Part shown: positions 23,510 to 33,528 of the stretch, in pieces
Numbering within the stretch: the stretch's first letter is position 1
Layout of the letters: every line of letters begins with the position of its first letter
DNA from: Verrucomicrobiaceae bacterium
GTDB lineage: Bacteria > Verrucomicrobiota > Verrucomicrobiia > Verrucomicrobiales > Akkermansiaceae
Direction of reading: 5' to 3'
NCBI GenBank assembly: GCA_051252135.1
Contig: JBPOGH010000001.1
Coordinates: 288,001 to 352,000, forward strand
Length of the DNA: 64,000 nt
The notes under the pieces: model-generated
The model's database searches: none
What the model saw: the letters and a program-made list of their open reading frames with translations, nothing else
Told to the model about the DNA's origin: nothing
Position numbers and translations under genes: made by a program

Positions 23510-24574
23510 ATGACCGTAAGCGATCTCCTTCAGAACACCAGTGAAGCCCCACTTGAAGCCGGGTTTTCGGCTCAGCTTCAATCCGTCCGTGAACGGGAAA
23601 CCAAAGGCGGCAAGCCCTACCGGCAATGGACTCTGGCTGATGCCACCGGGGCCTTCACCATCAACCTTTGGAGCAACCACCCCCAGTGGGATGCGGCTCT
23701 TGAAATTGATTCCGACGCATTCCTCCATCTCACCGGAGATTGGACCAAGAACCAGTATGGCATCGATGGCAAGGGGTGGAAATTTCGCTTTCTCAACAAG
23801 GATGAAATTGAAGATTTCCTCAGCGGTGACCCGGTAACGCGCGCAAAGCAGAATCATGATTGGGAGACCATTCTGAGTGCCTTGGCCGATATTGCAGACC
23901 CCCGTCTCAAGGCCCTTTGCAACGAGTTTATTGGGCAGTTTGGCGACCGCTTCCGCCGAACCGCCGCCGCCAAAAAAAATCACCATGCCCGCCGTGGAGG
24001 TCTGGTCGAGCACGTCGCACAAATGATGCGATCCGCTCTTGCGCTCCATCCGGTCTATCCGGAGTTGAATCGCGATCTACTTGTCGCCGGCATCCTCTTC
24101 CATGACTGCGGAAAGCTTTGGGAAAACACCTATCCTGAAACCGGCTTCAATCAGATTCAAACGCTTCATGGTGAAATGATGGGCCACATCCCCCTTGGAC
24201 TTGAACTCGTGAACAAATTTTGGCGGGAGCTCCCTTTGGAAAGCTGGCGGGAAATGGAACCGGCCTCTGAAGATGTCCGGCTTCACCTCCTTCACCTCGT
24301 CGCCTCCCACCACGGCACCCATGAGTTCGGCTCGCCCACCTTGCCAAAAACACCGGAAGCACACACTCTCCACTACATCGATAACCTCGATGCCAAAATG
24401 GAAATGGTCCGCGACGCGTATCTAAATGGCAACGAATCCTCCCCCGGAATCTACGAACGCCAGTTCCCCCTTCCCGCCGGGCTCATCAAGCCCCTTCCTT
24501 CAATCCCTTCGGATGACGCCGTCCCGGCCGAAGAATCCCCTCCGGAAGTAAGCAACGAACTATTTGGCCAATAG
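23510..24574 (+). CDS. yhaM: OB-fold + HD-domain 3'-5' exoribonuclease (YhaM/Cbf1 family)
   Basis: N-terminal OB fold (TKGGKPY...LADATG), AAKKNHHA..GGLVEH, FHDCGK, SHHG, DNLDAK. Confidence 0.88.
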   Translation: MTVSDLLQNTSEAPLEAGFSAQLQSVRERETKGGKPYRQWTLADATGAFTINLWSNHPQWDAALEIDSDAFLHLTGDWTKNQYGIDGKGWKFRFLNKDEIEDFLSGDPVTRAKQNHDWETILSALADIADPRLKALCNEFIGQFGDRFRRTAAAKKNHHARRGGLVEHVAQMMRSALALHPVYPELNRDLLVAGILFHDCGKLWENTYPETGFNQIQTLHGEMMGHIPLGLELVNKFWRELPLESWREMEPASEDVRLHLLHLVASHHGTHEFGSPTLPKTPEAHTLHYIDNLDAKMEMVRDAYLNGNESSPGIYERQFPLPAGLIKPLPSIPSDDAVPAEESPPEVSNELFGQ

Positions 24575-24580
24575 GTTTCT

Positions 24581-25651
24581 CTACTGGTCCGCATGGGCAT
24601 CGCGGAAGGCGGGGCGCTCGATATTCGGAAGGACGTTTTCGGCACTCCTCGTGATCCTCTCCTCCGCAGCCTCGGGATCAGCCTTGGTGGTTCCGATATG
24701 AAAGAGCGCGTCACCTTCATCCACGAGACTGGCCGTTGTCCGGCCAATGATAATCCCTTCCCGATCCGATATCACCTCGGTTTCCTGTCGCCCCATCGGA
24801 TCGCCGATCACCCCCACGATCTGGCCATCCTCAACAGCTTTTCCAAGTGGCACCAACGCCCGGAAAAGTCCACCGGCCGACGCGCGAAGCCAGTGACTCT
24901 TTGTGCAATAGGCTGACGGATGATTCACATCCTTCTTGCGGGTGGGAAGCATTTCCAGCCTGCGCAATACGCGCATCACCCCTCTGAGACCAAAAGTAAC
25001 CGCCGGAATATCCAATCGTAACGCTTCCCCGGCCTCAAAAAGAACATAAGGAATACCCATCGCCTCGGCCGCACTGCGGAAGGAGCCTTCCCGATTCCCC
25101 GCCCGCAGCATCACCGGGGCCCCAAACGCTTTTGCCATTTCACGGGAGCCATGAACCCGATCCGCCATCCGGGTTTGTGGTAGATTTATTCGCCCGGTCG
25201 CCGCCGTGTGCAGATCGACACCATGACTGCACTGCGCCACCACTTCATCAATCAGGGTCTTCGCAATTCGAGCCCCGAAACTTCCATCCGCATTACCCGG
25301 AAAAAGCCGGTTCAAATCCCGTCGATCAGGCAAATAGCGTGAGCGCAAAAGAAATGCTGCGACGTTGACGATCGGAATCACCAACAAATCACCCCGCAGC
25401 CCCCGCAGCGGCTGTCGGAGGAGGCGGCGGGCAATCTCCACACCATTCAGCTCATCCCCATGAATTCCCGCCGTCACAAAGATCCGCGGCCCGGGCTTTT
25501 TGCCTCGAATCACATGCACTCGCATATCCAATTCCGCATGACTCACCAGACGCCCAACAGGCAAATCGACGATCCCCCGCTCCCCACGTTGAAATGACTT
25601 CCCCCCGATCTCCAGTAAGGCATCAGCTTCCATCGATGGAAGATTAGTCAT
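24581..25651 (-). CDS. Succinylglutamate desuccinylase/aspartoacylase family protein (start uncertain, 25651 or 25633)
   Basis: AGIHGDELNG, DLNRLFPG, VDLHT, FEAG, C-terminal biotinyl/lipoyl-like domain. Confidence 0.88.
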   Translation of the reverse strand: MTNLPSMEADALLEIGGKSFQRGERGIVDLPVGRLVSHAELDMRVHVIRGKKPGPRIFVTAGIHGDELNGVEIARRLLRQPLRGLRGDLLVIPIVNVAAFLLRSRYLPDRRDLNRLFPGNADGSFGARIAKTLIDEVVAQCSHGVDLHTAATGRINLPQTRMADRVHGSREMAKAFGAPVMLRAGNREGSFRSAAEAMGIPYVLFEAGEALRLDIPAVTFGLRGVMRVLRRLEMLPTRKKDVNHPSAYCTKSHWLRASAGGLFRALVPLGKAVEDGQIVGVIGDPMGRQETEVISDREGIIIGRTTASLVDEGDALFHIGTTKADPEAAEERITRSAENVLPNIERPAFRDAHADQ

Positions 25652-25716
25652 CTCCAATTTGATCCACAAGTAGTGATTCGATTGGTCAAAAGTTTGTTCA
25701 TCCCTATGGTTCTCCA

Positions 25717-26388
25717 ATGATTATTTGGCTCACCGGATGCACCAATGGTTTGGGTCGCGCACTTGTGCCCGAACTTGTTGATCGCGGACATATCATCGCC
25801 GGATGTGGGCGAAACGAACTCGAACTCCAACGTCTCAACGAGGAGTTCCCCGAATGCTTCTTTCAGGCTTGTGATGTCTCGGACGAAGGGAGTGTCGAAG
25901 ACTTCGTCAATGAGGCCCTCATTGCCACCGGAGAACCTGACTTCCTTATCAATAACGCCGCCGTCGTAAACAGTCCCGCACCACTCTGGGAAATCCCCGC
26001 TCACGAATTCGACCAACTCACGGCAATTAACATCAATGGGGTCGCCAACCTCATTAGACAGGTCGCACCGCTGATGATTGCCAATGATTCCGGAGTCATC
26101 GTCAACCTCTCCTCCGGATGGGGGCGCTCCACTTCTCCCGAAGTAGCGCCCTACTGCGCCTCAAAATGGGCCATTGAAGGGCTCACCCAGGCCCTTTCAC
26201 AGGAACTCCCCTCCGGTCTTGCCGCCGTAGCCCTCAATCCGGGGGTCATCAACACCGACATGCTCCGGAAATGCTGGGATGATGGCGCGCTTGATTTCCC
26301 TAATGCCGAACAATGGGCCATCACCGCAGCCCCATTCATTCTCGGCCTTTCCTCCAACGACAACGGGAAACAACTCACCGCACCATGA
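25717..26388 (+). CDS. Short-chain dehydrogenase/reductase
   Basis: TGCTNGLG, INNAA, YCASK. Confidence 0.93.
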   Translation: MIIWLTGCTNGLGRALVPELVDRGHIIAGCGRNELELQRLNEEFPECFFQACDVSDEGSVEDFVNEALIATGEPDFLINNAAVVNSPAPLWEIPAHEFDQLTAININGVANLIRQVAPLMIANDSGVIVNLSSGWGRSTSPEVAPYCASKWAIEGLTQALSQELPSGLAAVALNPGVINTDMLRKCWDDGALDFPNAEQWAITAAPFILGLSSNDNGKQLTAP

Positions 26389-27257
26389 ATCTCCGCTGCC
26401 CCTCGTCTCTGATCGCCTTCCCGCGTCGCCCCCTCCTCATGGGAATCGTCAATATCAACGACGACTCCTTTTCCGGCGACGGCAGCCTCGATCCGGAAGT
26501 CGTCATCGCACAGGCAAAGCAGCTGATCGCCGACGGAGCTGACATCATCGACATCGGCGCTGAATCAGCCCGGACAAATCGCGAAGCAATCTCGGTCACC
26601 GAGGAGGTAGGTCGACTCCGTTCATTCATGGCGAATTGGGAGGAAATCCGCACCACTCCAACCAAGGATGAAGAGCAACTTTCCCCACCTCTCCTCTCCG
26701 TCAACACCTGGCGCCCGGAGGTGGTTGAGCAGATCCTCGGTAGTGGAGTCGATATTCTAAACGACATGTCGGCACTGCCGGACGATCAAAACGCCCGGCT
26801 ATGCGCAAAGCACAATATTCCCCTCCTGATCATGCACTCTGTCGGCGAACCAAAGGTCTCTCATACCCACCAACAGTGGCCGAATCTCATGGCCTCGATG
26901 ACTACCTTCTTCGAAGAAAAAATCGCCCTCGCGCTCTCCGCTGGATTGACAAAGGAACAAATCATCATTGATCCCGGTATCGATTTCGCGAAACAGAAAG
27001 AAGACAACCTCACCCTCCTTCGTGAGCTGGGTCAACTCCATCAATTCGGCTGCCCCATCCTCTTGCCCATTTCGCGCAAAACCGTCATCGGAGACGTCCT
27101 CGATCTTCCAGACCCTTCGGATCGGGATGCCGGCTCCATTGCTCTCTTGGCGCATGGCATGATCAAGGGCGCGCACATCTTCCGGGTTCACAACGTGAAG
27201 TCCTGCTGGCAATCGGCCAAAGTCCTTCACCCCCTCACTCAAGGCCTGCCCACATAG
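26385..27257 (+). CDS. folP: Dihydropteroate synthase
   Basis: MGIVNINDDSFSGDG, DIIDIGAES, IIIDPGIDFAK, SRK, FRVHNV; ATGA overlap with the SDR gene. Confidence 0.93.
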   Translation: MNLRCPSSLIAFPRRPLLMGIVNINDDSFSGDGSLDPEVVIAQAKQLIADGADIIDIGAESARTNREAISVTEEVGRLRSFMANWEEIRTTPTKDEEQLSPPLLSVNTWRPEVVEQILGSGVDILNDMSALPDDQNARLCAKHNIPLLIMHSVGEPKVSHTHQQWPNLMASMTTFFEEKIALALSAGLTKEQIIIDPGIDFAKQKEDNLTLLRELGQLHQFGCPILLPISRKTVIGDVLDLPDPSDRDAGSIALLAHGMIKGAHIFRVHNVKSCWQSAKVLHPLTQGLPT

Positions 27258-28219
27258 AGAATCCTCGAGCTCGTATCCAAAAGAATGTGCCCGCTGGTTA
27301 GAAAATCCATCCCCAGAATACCGTCCACCGGACGCCCCGAAGGGTCACGGAAAAATCTCCGGACCTCTGGCAAAGGCGCAATGGCCACATCAATCGTTCC
27401 CACATTGACGTTACCGAAACGGAGATTGCTCAGTTGCGCCCGGCGTAAGGCAATCCGATCCCCCGAAGCATCGATCATCCGCGAATTGGTCGCATGACTG
27501 GGTAATCCAAATCGGTGAAAGGCCTCTGCCGACATCACTGAAATCTCGGCCCCGGTATCAACCACCCAGCTCACGTGCCGTCCATCAAGCGTTCCGTGGA
27601 GCAACAGATGGGGCAGCGTCCCTGCAGTTCCCATCTTCAAGACCTTTTGCCCCAACCCCGGTTGCGCTCCCAGCGGTTGGACAGTTCCGGTGCGTGCCCG
27701 GTGGGAAGATCGTCCAGGCACCCAAAGCTTCCCTGATGGAATATCCACAAGCGACCCGGTGGCATCGAGAGCATCAAGCCCCACTTGTCCGGCATACGCA
27801 CTGGTAGAGGTTGGACCCTCGGCATTTGGCGCAATCGTAAACGGAAAATTCTTCGCCATCATCGGTCCCACCCGGAGAGTTCCCCTCCCAAGCCCGCTCC
27901 TGATCTCCCTCCCCAACGCCCCCCTTGTCACAACACGGGCAGTCCTGCTTCGAACCAACCCAATCCGGTTCGCGGAGGCCTCATCGACATCGGTACTATT
28001 TGCTCCCGAATCGATCAGAAAAGACAGAGGCTCACCGTTCACATAAAACGAAGCCGAATAACGGACATCACCCTTCACCTTTTTCAATGGTACGGCCACG
28101 TAGCCCAACTCTTTGAGTTTCGACTCCCTCCCCCCCGAAGAACCCGGGATACTACCACAATTGGCCAACATTAGGGAGCCAAGCACTGCGGCCACTCCGC
28201 GAATCATCCGTCCGGTCAT
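27239..28219 (-). CDS. Lipoprotein with two retropepsin-like aspartic protease domains
   Basis: Lipobox LANC; FLIDSGA...GQVGLD and WVVDTGA...GILGMDFL. Confidence 0.85.
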   Translation of the reverse strand: MTGRMIRGVAAVLGSLMLANCGSIPGSSGGRESKLKELGYVAVPLKKVKGDVRYSASFYVNGEPLSFLIDSGANSTDVDEASANRIGLVRSRTARVVTRGALGREIRSGLGRGTLRVGPMMAKNFPFTIAPNAEGPTSTSAYAGQVGLDALDATGSLVDIPSGKLWVPGRSSHRARTGTVQPLGAQPGLGQKVLKMGTAGTLPHLLLHGTLDGRHVSWVVDTGAEISVMSAEAFHRFGLPSHATNSRMIDASGDRIALRRAQLSNLRFGNVNVGTIDVAIAPLPEVRRFFRDPSGRPVDGILGMDFLTSGHILLDTSSRILYVGRP

Positions 28220-28347
28220 CTTGCGGAGTAAGATAAGTCATTTTTCCCCGTGCGCAATCTCCGTTCGCAATCACGATTTCCTTCGGAGATTTTTTTTTCG
28301 TTTGAAATACCCAGCCCTACTCCTTAGCTGTCTGTCCGACAGATCTT

Positions 28348-29325
28348 ATGAGCAAGCGCGTCCTACTCACCACCACCTCGTTCCAGGACACTCCTGGCAG
28401 CCACCAAGACCTTCTCAACTCCCAGGATTGGGAAATCGTCCGTGCCCGCGGCCCCCTTTCGGAAGCTGAGATGCTCGAACTCGCGGGTGACTTCGATGCC
28501 TTCCTCTGCGGGGATGATGCCATCACTGCCGCGGTGATCGACAAATCACTGCCCAAGCTTCAGATCATTTCCAAATACGGGATCGGTCTTGATAAAATCA
28601 ATGTCGATTACGCCACCGAGAAAAAAATCCCCGTTCTTTTCACCCCCGGCGTCAACCACACCACGGTTGCCGAACACACCTTCGGACTCCTTCTTGGCAT
28701 CACCAAGGACATTCAATCCAATGCAGTCGCCGTCCAAAATGGCGATTGGGTCGCAGGCTGGAAAAAACCCGTCGGCAACGAAATCATGGGCAAGACCATT
28801 GGCATCCTGGGTCTCGGACGTATCGGTAAAGAAGTAGCCATCCGCGCCAAAGCCTTCGGCATGTCCATCATCGCCTTCGATCCCTATTTCGACGAAACTT
28901 TCGCCGCTGAATACGGAGTGAAAAAATGCGCCGACATGGACGAGGTCCTGCACAATTCCGATGTGGTGTCCCTCCATTGCTTCCTGAACGAAGAAACCGA
29001 GGACATGATCAACGCCTCCAAGATCGCCGAGATGCGCGACAATGTCGTGGTCCTTAACTGCGCGCGCGGCGAACTGGTCAACACCAACGACATGGCCGAT
29101 GCCCTTAAATCGGGCAAAGTCGGAGGATATGGAGCTGACGTTCTCGACGCAGAACCCCCGGCACCAAACCACCCGCTTATCGGCGCGCCGAACTGCATCA
29201 TCACCTCCCACATCGGCTCGCGCACGCACGAATCCGTCCAACGCCAGGCCAATCGCTGCCTCAATAACGCCATCAACTTCTTCTCCGGAGATTCCGATGT
29301 CCTCTGCGCCAACGGCGTCCTCTAA
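28348..29325 (+). CDS. D-2-hydroxyacid dehydrogenase (phosphoglycerate dehydrogenase-like, no ACT domain)
   Basis: GILGLGRIG, SLHC, NCARG, DV...EP, SHIG. Confidence 0.9.
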   Translation: MSKRVLLTTTSFQDTPGSHQDLLNSQDWEIVRARGPLSEAEMLELAGDFDAFLCGDDAITAAVIDKSLPKLQIISKYGIGLDKINVDYATEKKIPVLFTPGVNHTTVAEHTFGLLLGITKDIQSNAVAVQNGDWVAGWKKPVGNEIMGKTIGILGLGRIGKEVAIRAKAFGMSIIAFDPYFDETFAAEYGVKKCADMDEVLHNSDVVSLHCFLNEETEDMINASKIAEMRDNVVVLNCARGELVNTNDMADALKSGKVGGYGADVLDAEPPAPNHPLIGAPNCIITSHIGSRTHESVQRQANRCLNNAINFFSGDSDVLCANGVL

Positions 29326-29343
29326 TTTTCACTTAAAAATATA

Positions 29344-30444
29344 ATGTCACTCGATATCAAATCAGCCGACTCCTGTGCCTACGACATCCTGTCGATGGGC
29401 GAAATCATGCTCCGCCTCGATCCCGGGGACGGCCGCGTCCGCACCACTCGCCAGTTTCAGGCCTGGGAAGGCGGCGGCGAATACAACGTCGCCCGCGGCC
29501 TCCGCCGTTGCTTCGGCAAGCGCGCTGCCGTTCTTACCGGATTCGTCGATAACGAAGTCGGACGCCTTCTCGAGGACCTCGTCCTTCAGGGTGGAGTCGA
29601 CACCCGGTTCATCAAGTGGGCTGATTTCGATGGCCTCGGTGTCGCGGCCCGAAACGGTCTCAACTTCACCGAGCGCGGCTTTGGATGTCGCGCTGCCAAA
29701 GGCACCTCCGACCGTGGGCACACCGCAGCATCACAACTCACTGTCGATGACTTTGACTTCGAGCACATCTTCGGCACCCTCGGAGTCCGTTGGTTCCACA
29801 CCGGCGGAATTTTCGCCGCTCTTTCCGAAGGCAATGCCGCCCTCACCATCGAGGCCTGCAAGATTGCCAAGAAGCACGGCACCATCGTTTCCTACGATCT
29901 CAATTACCGCCCAAGCCTTTGGAAATCCATCGGCGGCCAAGCCAAAGCCCAGGAGGTCAACCGCGAGATCGCCCAGTATGTCGACGTCATGATTGGCAAC
30001 GAAGAAGACTTCACCGCATGCCTTGGCTTCGAGGTGGAAGGGGTCGATGAAGAAAACATCACCGGCATCGATATCTCGAACTTCAAAAAGATGATTGAGA
30101 AAGCCGTCGCCGAATTCCCGAATTTCAAAGCCACCGCCACCACTCTTCGTGAGGTGCACAGTGCTTCTGATAACGACTGGGCCGCACTTGCCTGGCATGA
30201 CGGCGAATTCCATAACTCGGTCAACCGCGAGCACCTCGAAATCTTCGACCGCGTCGGCGGCGGTGACTCATTCGCCTCCGGCCTCATCTACGGCTTCCTC
30301 GAGTTCAACGATGCCGCCCAAGCTGTCGAATGGGGAGCCGCTCACGGAGCACTTGCCATGACAACTCCCGGTGACACCACCATGGTCACCCGTGATGAAG
30401 TCGCCAAACTCGTCGGCGGTGGTTCCGCCCGGGTGGATCGATAG
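29344..30444 (+). CDS. kdgK: PfkB-family sugar kinase, 2-keto-3-deoxygluconate kinase-like
   Basis: GEIMLRL, GGGEYNVA, DLNYRPSLW, DRVGGGDSF. Confidence 0.85.
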   Translation: MSLDIKSADSCAYDILSMGEIMLRLDPGDGRVRTTRQFQAWEGGGEYNVARGLRRCFGKRAAVLTGFVDNEVGRLLEDLVLQGGVDTRFIKWADFDGLGVAARNGLNFTERGFGCRAAKGTSDRGHTAASQLTVDDFDFEHIFGTLGVRWFHTGGIFAALSEGNAALTIEACKIAKKHGTIVSYDLNYRPSLWKSIGGQAKAQEVNREIAQYVDVMIGNEEDFTACLGFEVEGVDEENITGIDISNFKKMIEKAVAEFPNFKATATTLREVHSASDNDWAALAWHDGEFHNSVNREHLEIFDRVGGGDSFASGLIYGFLEFNDAAQAVEWGAAHGALAMTTPGDTTMVTRDEVAKLVGGGSARVDR

Positions 30445-30463
30445 GATCAAAAAGCAATATTCC

Positions 30464-30498
30464 AAAAGCCCGACTCACGATTGTGGGTCGGGCTTTTT
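30464..30498. terminator. Bidirectional intrinsic terminator
   Basis: AAAAGCCCGACTCAC-gatt-GTGGGTCGGGCTTTTT. Confidence 0.9.
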
Positions 30499-30508
30499 CG
30501 TCCCAAGA

Positions 30509-30769
30509 TCACTGGCGCTCCGCCTTTCCATCCAGACACCTCAAGAATCCAATTCCTCCGCTCGCAACGAAAATGGCGCCCGACACAAAGCAGGCAAAAA
30601 ACATTGTCAGCTCCCCTGCCACCCACGCGAGCCCTCCCCCCATCATCAAACCGATCCCGCTGAATGTCAGCGCTGTCACCGTCCCATATCTCAACAGGTC
30701 TGGGAACGCTCCCTTAAGATTGAAGCTTCGAAGCGGACTCTCTTTAACTTGTTCTACTGGTGTTTCCAT
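30509..30769 (-). CDS. Small hypothetical membrane protein (start uncertain)
   Basis: Two hydrophobic segments; fills the gap between the kinase gene and the terminator. Confidence 0.55.
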   Translation of the reverse strand: METPVEQVKESPLRSFNLKGAFPDLLRYGTVTALTFSGIGLMMGGGLAWVAGELTMFFACFVSGAIFVASGGIGFLRCLDGKAERQ

Positions 30770-30833
30770 AACACCTCTACCTTCTCCCCGCTCCATGAAG
30801 TCATGATGAAGCGAATGTGAAAACGCGGTGAAT

Positions 30834-33392
30834 TTATCGCACGCCAAGCTCGCTCAACCGCTGATTAACCCATGCCAGACCTTCCTTTGCCTCGTCATCA
30901 TTCGGGTCTTCCTTCTGAAGGGAATCCCAGCAGGACTTGGACTCCTTTAAAAAAGCGACTCCCAGTTCACGCTTACCCGCCAAATCCGCGGAATGTCCGA
31001 GGTCCCCACAAAGATACGCCTGTGATTTCCTGACCGTCGTCGGATGGGGAATGGGAACAGCTGCATCAAGAATCAACTTGAGCAGGTCGCGGGCCTCCGT
31101 TCCCAATTTGATCTCTTCGCCGCTCTTCCCTTGCTGGCCCACCAATCCGGAAAGCTGCCACTTGAGCGAGGCCAAGAGATACTTCGCGCTCCAATCCTGT
31201 GGGTGCGTATCAATCCCGGTCTCCAGATTCTTGATCGCCCGGTTAAGGAGCTCGCCACTCGCAGTCGTCCGCCCCTCATCACGCATCACTGAGGCGATGA
31301 TCCCCTGTTGGGAAGCGATCGCTCTGGTGAGACGAAAATCATTGGGCATCTTACTGACCAGGCCAGTAAGTTCATCCAAAGCAGACTTCGCCAATTTTTC
31401 CGCGCTGAAAGTCTTGCCCATCTGCCACTCGGCAATCGCTCGGGAGGCATTGGCAGCAGCAATCTGAAAATCAATTTCCGGAATGGCCTCCTTGGACCTT
31501 TTGGCAAGTTCGGAGAACGACGCGGCGGCCTGGGCCCTCAGTGCAGCGGCATCATCAACGGCACCCCCTCCCTCAGCCGCCAAAGCTGCCCGCAAATATC
31601 CCCGTCCCAAATTCATGCGCAAAGCAGGAGTCTCCGGAAAGAGTTCAACCAGAGCATTCAGGCGTTGAAGACTGCTCTTATAATGCTTCAGGGCCGCTGG
31701 GAAATCCTTCTTAAATTCCGATTCCCGACCCTTCACAAATGAAAGCGCCGCCTCGGCCCTCATTCTCTCGGACGATCCGGTCGGCCAGGCCTCCGCGACC
31801 ACCAGACCGGTCTTTCCGATTTCATCGCTAATCGAAGCCTTCATCCCCTCTGAGACCAAAACGAGATAGCGAAGCCTCGCCCGAGCTTCATCAACGGCCT
31901 CCAGATGACTCCCCCCGACAGCTAAAGCATCCTTCAACGCGTTGAGTCCCTCATCAGCCCTCCCCGCAGCCAGGAGCACCTCTGCCTTGCGCAATCGCAA
32001 ACGCGCGGCCTGTTTTGCAAGGGCTGCCCGCGTTTCCATCCCTTCCAACTGTTCACTGATCCGTTCATCAAGGTAGGCGAGACGCCCCTGTCTGTTCTCC
32101 AGAGCCGGCAGACCGGCAACCCCCGACTCAAGAATCCAATCGAACAATTTGTCGTTCGTCATCTGAGCGGATCTCAATTCGTCTTCCGCCTTTTTTTGCT
32201 CTTGATCGAGCGCGGCTTGAAGGCGACTTGCCTTGGAAAGGCTCATCTTTTCGGATGCCTGGGCCTCATCCAGAGAGGACTCAAGCCCGGCAATCGTCTC
32301 TTCGGAAACGGCGCGATAATCGCCAAAATCATTCGCCGCCGCCGTTGCCTCATTGGTTCGCTGATACTGTGTCCACCCCCACCCTGCAGCGAGCCCCAGA
32401 ATAATCAGACCCAGAATCTTGGTGATCCCGTTCGCCACAGCACGGCGACGTTCGGCAACCTTCCGCTTCTTGGTCAGATCCTGCTGGATGGCCTCAGCCT
32501 CCAGCTCCGCGTCAATCTTCTCAAACCGGCGCGCCACCCCCCGCATATCCACCGGCCGGCCCTGAGGGTCGAGCATCAGGCAGAATTCGATCATCTCCCT
32601 CCGCCTCGCTTCACGTTCATCTACCGGATCGGCTGGCCAGGGAAGGCGCGGGTCCTCGGCCAAACCGGCGGCAATCCCCTCGTAGGAAGCTTCGATCCCA
32701 TGACGGGAATCCGCTCCTGCAGCAGGACAGACACTCTCAAAAATCCCCTGACAACGCGGAAACTGCCCGGTGAGCAACCGAAATGCCAGGACGCCAAAGG
32801 CATAAACATCCCACCCATAACCTTCTTCATTGAGGTAACCCTCGGGGTTGTTCAACTGCTCCGGTGGAGCGTAGAGCAAAGCATCACTAAAGGCCAAATG
32901 ATGAACACCGGGCATCAACCCACTCGCGTAATCGGCAAGAAGGGGCCGATCACCATCAAGAAAGATATTGCCTGGCTTCAGATTTCCGTGGGCCACCCTC
33001 ACCCCATGCAAGGTCGCAAGACGGTTCGCCAGGGCTTCAACCAACGGCCACGCCTTTTCCGTGCCCATATACTCCGCCAGCCGGGTCTGTAGCGTATTGG
33101 GGACAAATCGGCGTCCTCCGTCCTCATGGATTTCCGCCAACAGGGGCATCACCACACACGCGGGCCTCACATCAAGAGCCTCGGCGATGATCGGGACGGT
33201 CACATTCTGGGCACCACCATCCATCACCCGCTCCATTCGGCTGCGGATCAGGGCAGGATTCGAAGCCATACTTTCGAAAACCTTGATCGCAACCCGGGTT
33301 CCATCATCCCTCTTCGCCTCATAAACCGAGCCAGCCGAACCGGACCCAATCAATTCCTCGATGGTGTGGCCTTTGATGCTAGGGGGAGTCAT
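30834..33392 (-). CDS. Hanks-type Ser/Thr kinase-like membrane protein with coiled-coil and TPR-like C-terminus; probable pseudokinase
   Basis: IGSGSAGSVY, VAIK, HGNLKPGN, DYA, APPE, DVYAFG; one TM segment; helical C-terminus. Confidence 0.88.
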   Translation of the reverse strand: MTPPSIKGHTIEELIGSGSAGSVYEAKRDDGTRVAIKVFESMASNPALIRSRMERVMDGGAQNVTVPIIAEALDVRPACVVMPLLAEIHEDGGRRFVPNTLQTRLAEYMGTEKAWPLVEALANRLATLHGVRVAHGNLKPGNIFLDGDRPLLADYASGLMPGVHHLAFSDALLYAPPEQLNNPEGYLNEEGYGWDVYAFGVLAFRLLTGQFPRCQGIFESVCPAAGADSRHGIEASYEGIAAGLAEDPRLPWPADPVDEREARRREMIEFCLMLDPQGRPVDMRGVARRFEKIDAELEAEAIQQDLTKKRKVAERRRAVANGITKILGLIILGLAAGWGWTQYQRTNEATAAANDFGDYRAVSEETIAGLESSLDEAQASEKMSLSKASRLQAALDQEQKKAEDELRSAQMTNDKLFDWILESGVAGLPALENRQGRLAYLDERISEQLEGMETRAALAKQAARLRLRKAEVLLAAGRADEGLNALKDALAVGGSHLEAVDEARARLRYLVLVSEGMKASISDEIGKTGLVVAEAWPTGSSERMRAEAALSFVKGRESEFKKDFPAALKHYKSSLQRLNALVELFPETPALRMNLGRGYLRAALAAEGGGAVDDAAALRAQAAASFSELAKRSKEAIPEIDFQIAAANASRAIAEWQMGKTFSAEKLAKSALDELTGLVSKMPNDFRLTRAIASQQGIIASVMRDEGRTTASGELLNRAIKNLETGIDTHPQDWSAKYLLASLKWQLSGLVGQQGKSGEEIKLGTEARDLLKLILDAAVPIPHPTTVRKSQAYLCGDLGHSADLAGKRELGVAFLKESKSCWDSLQKEDPNDDEAKEGLAWVNQRLSELGVR

Positions 33393-33528
33393 CGAATTCT
33401 TAAATGGGATGGTCTCATGAATCCCCCGCCAAGTGACGAGCTGGCCGATTGCCAAGGGACTCAAAGTTTTTCTGCTGAATTGATTAAAATCTCCAAGCAC
33501 CCACGTAGACAACCCTTAACTGTCCCGA

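Noticed and set aside
21541..24574. DUF151 nuclease and HD nuclease as a possible anti-phage system
   Set aside because: Both are common housekeeping families, on opposite strands among metabolic genes, with no defence-island context.
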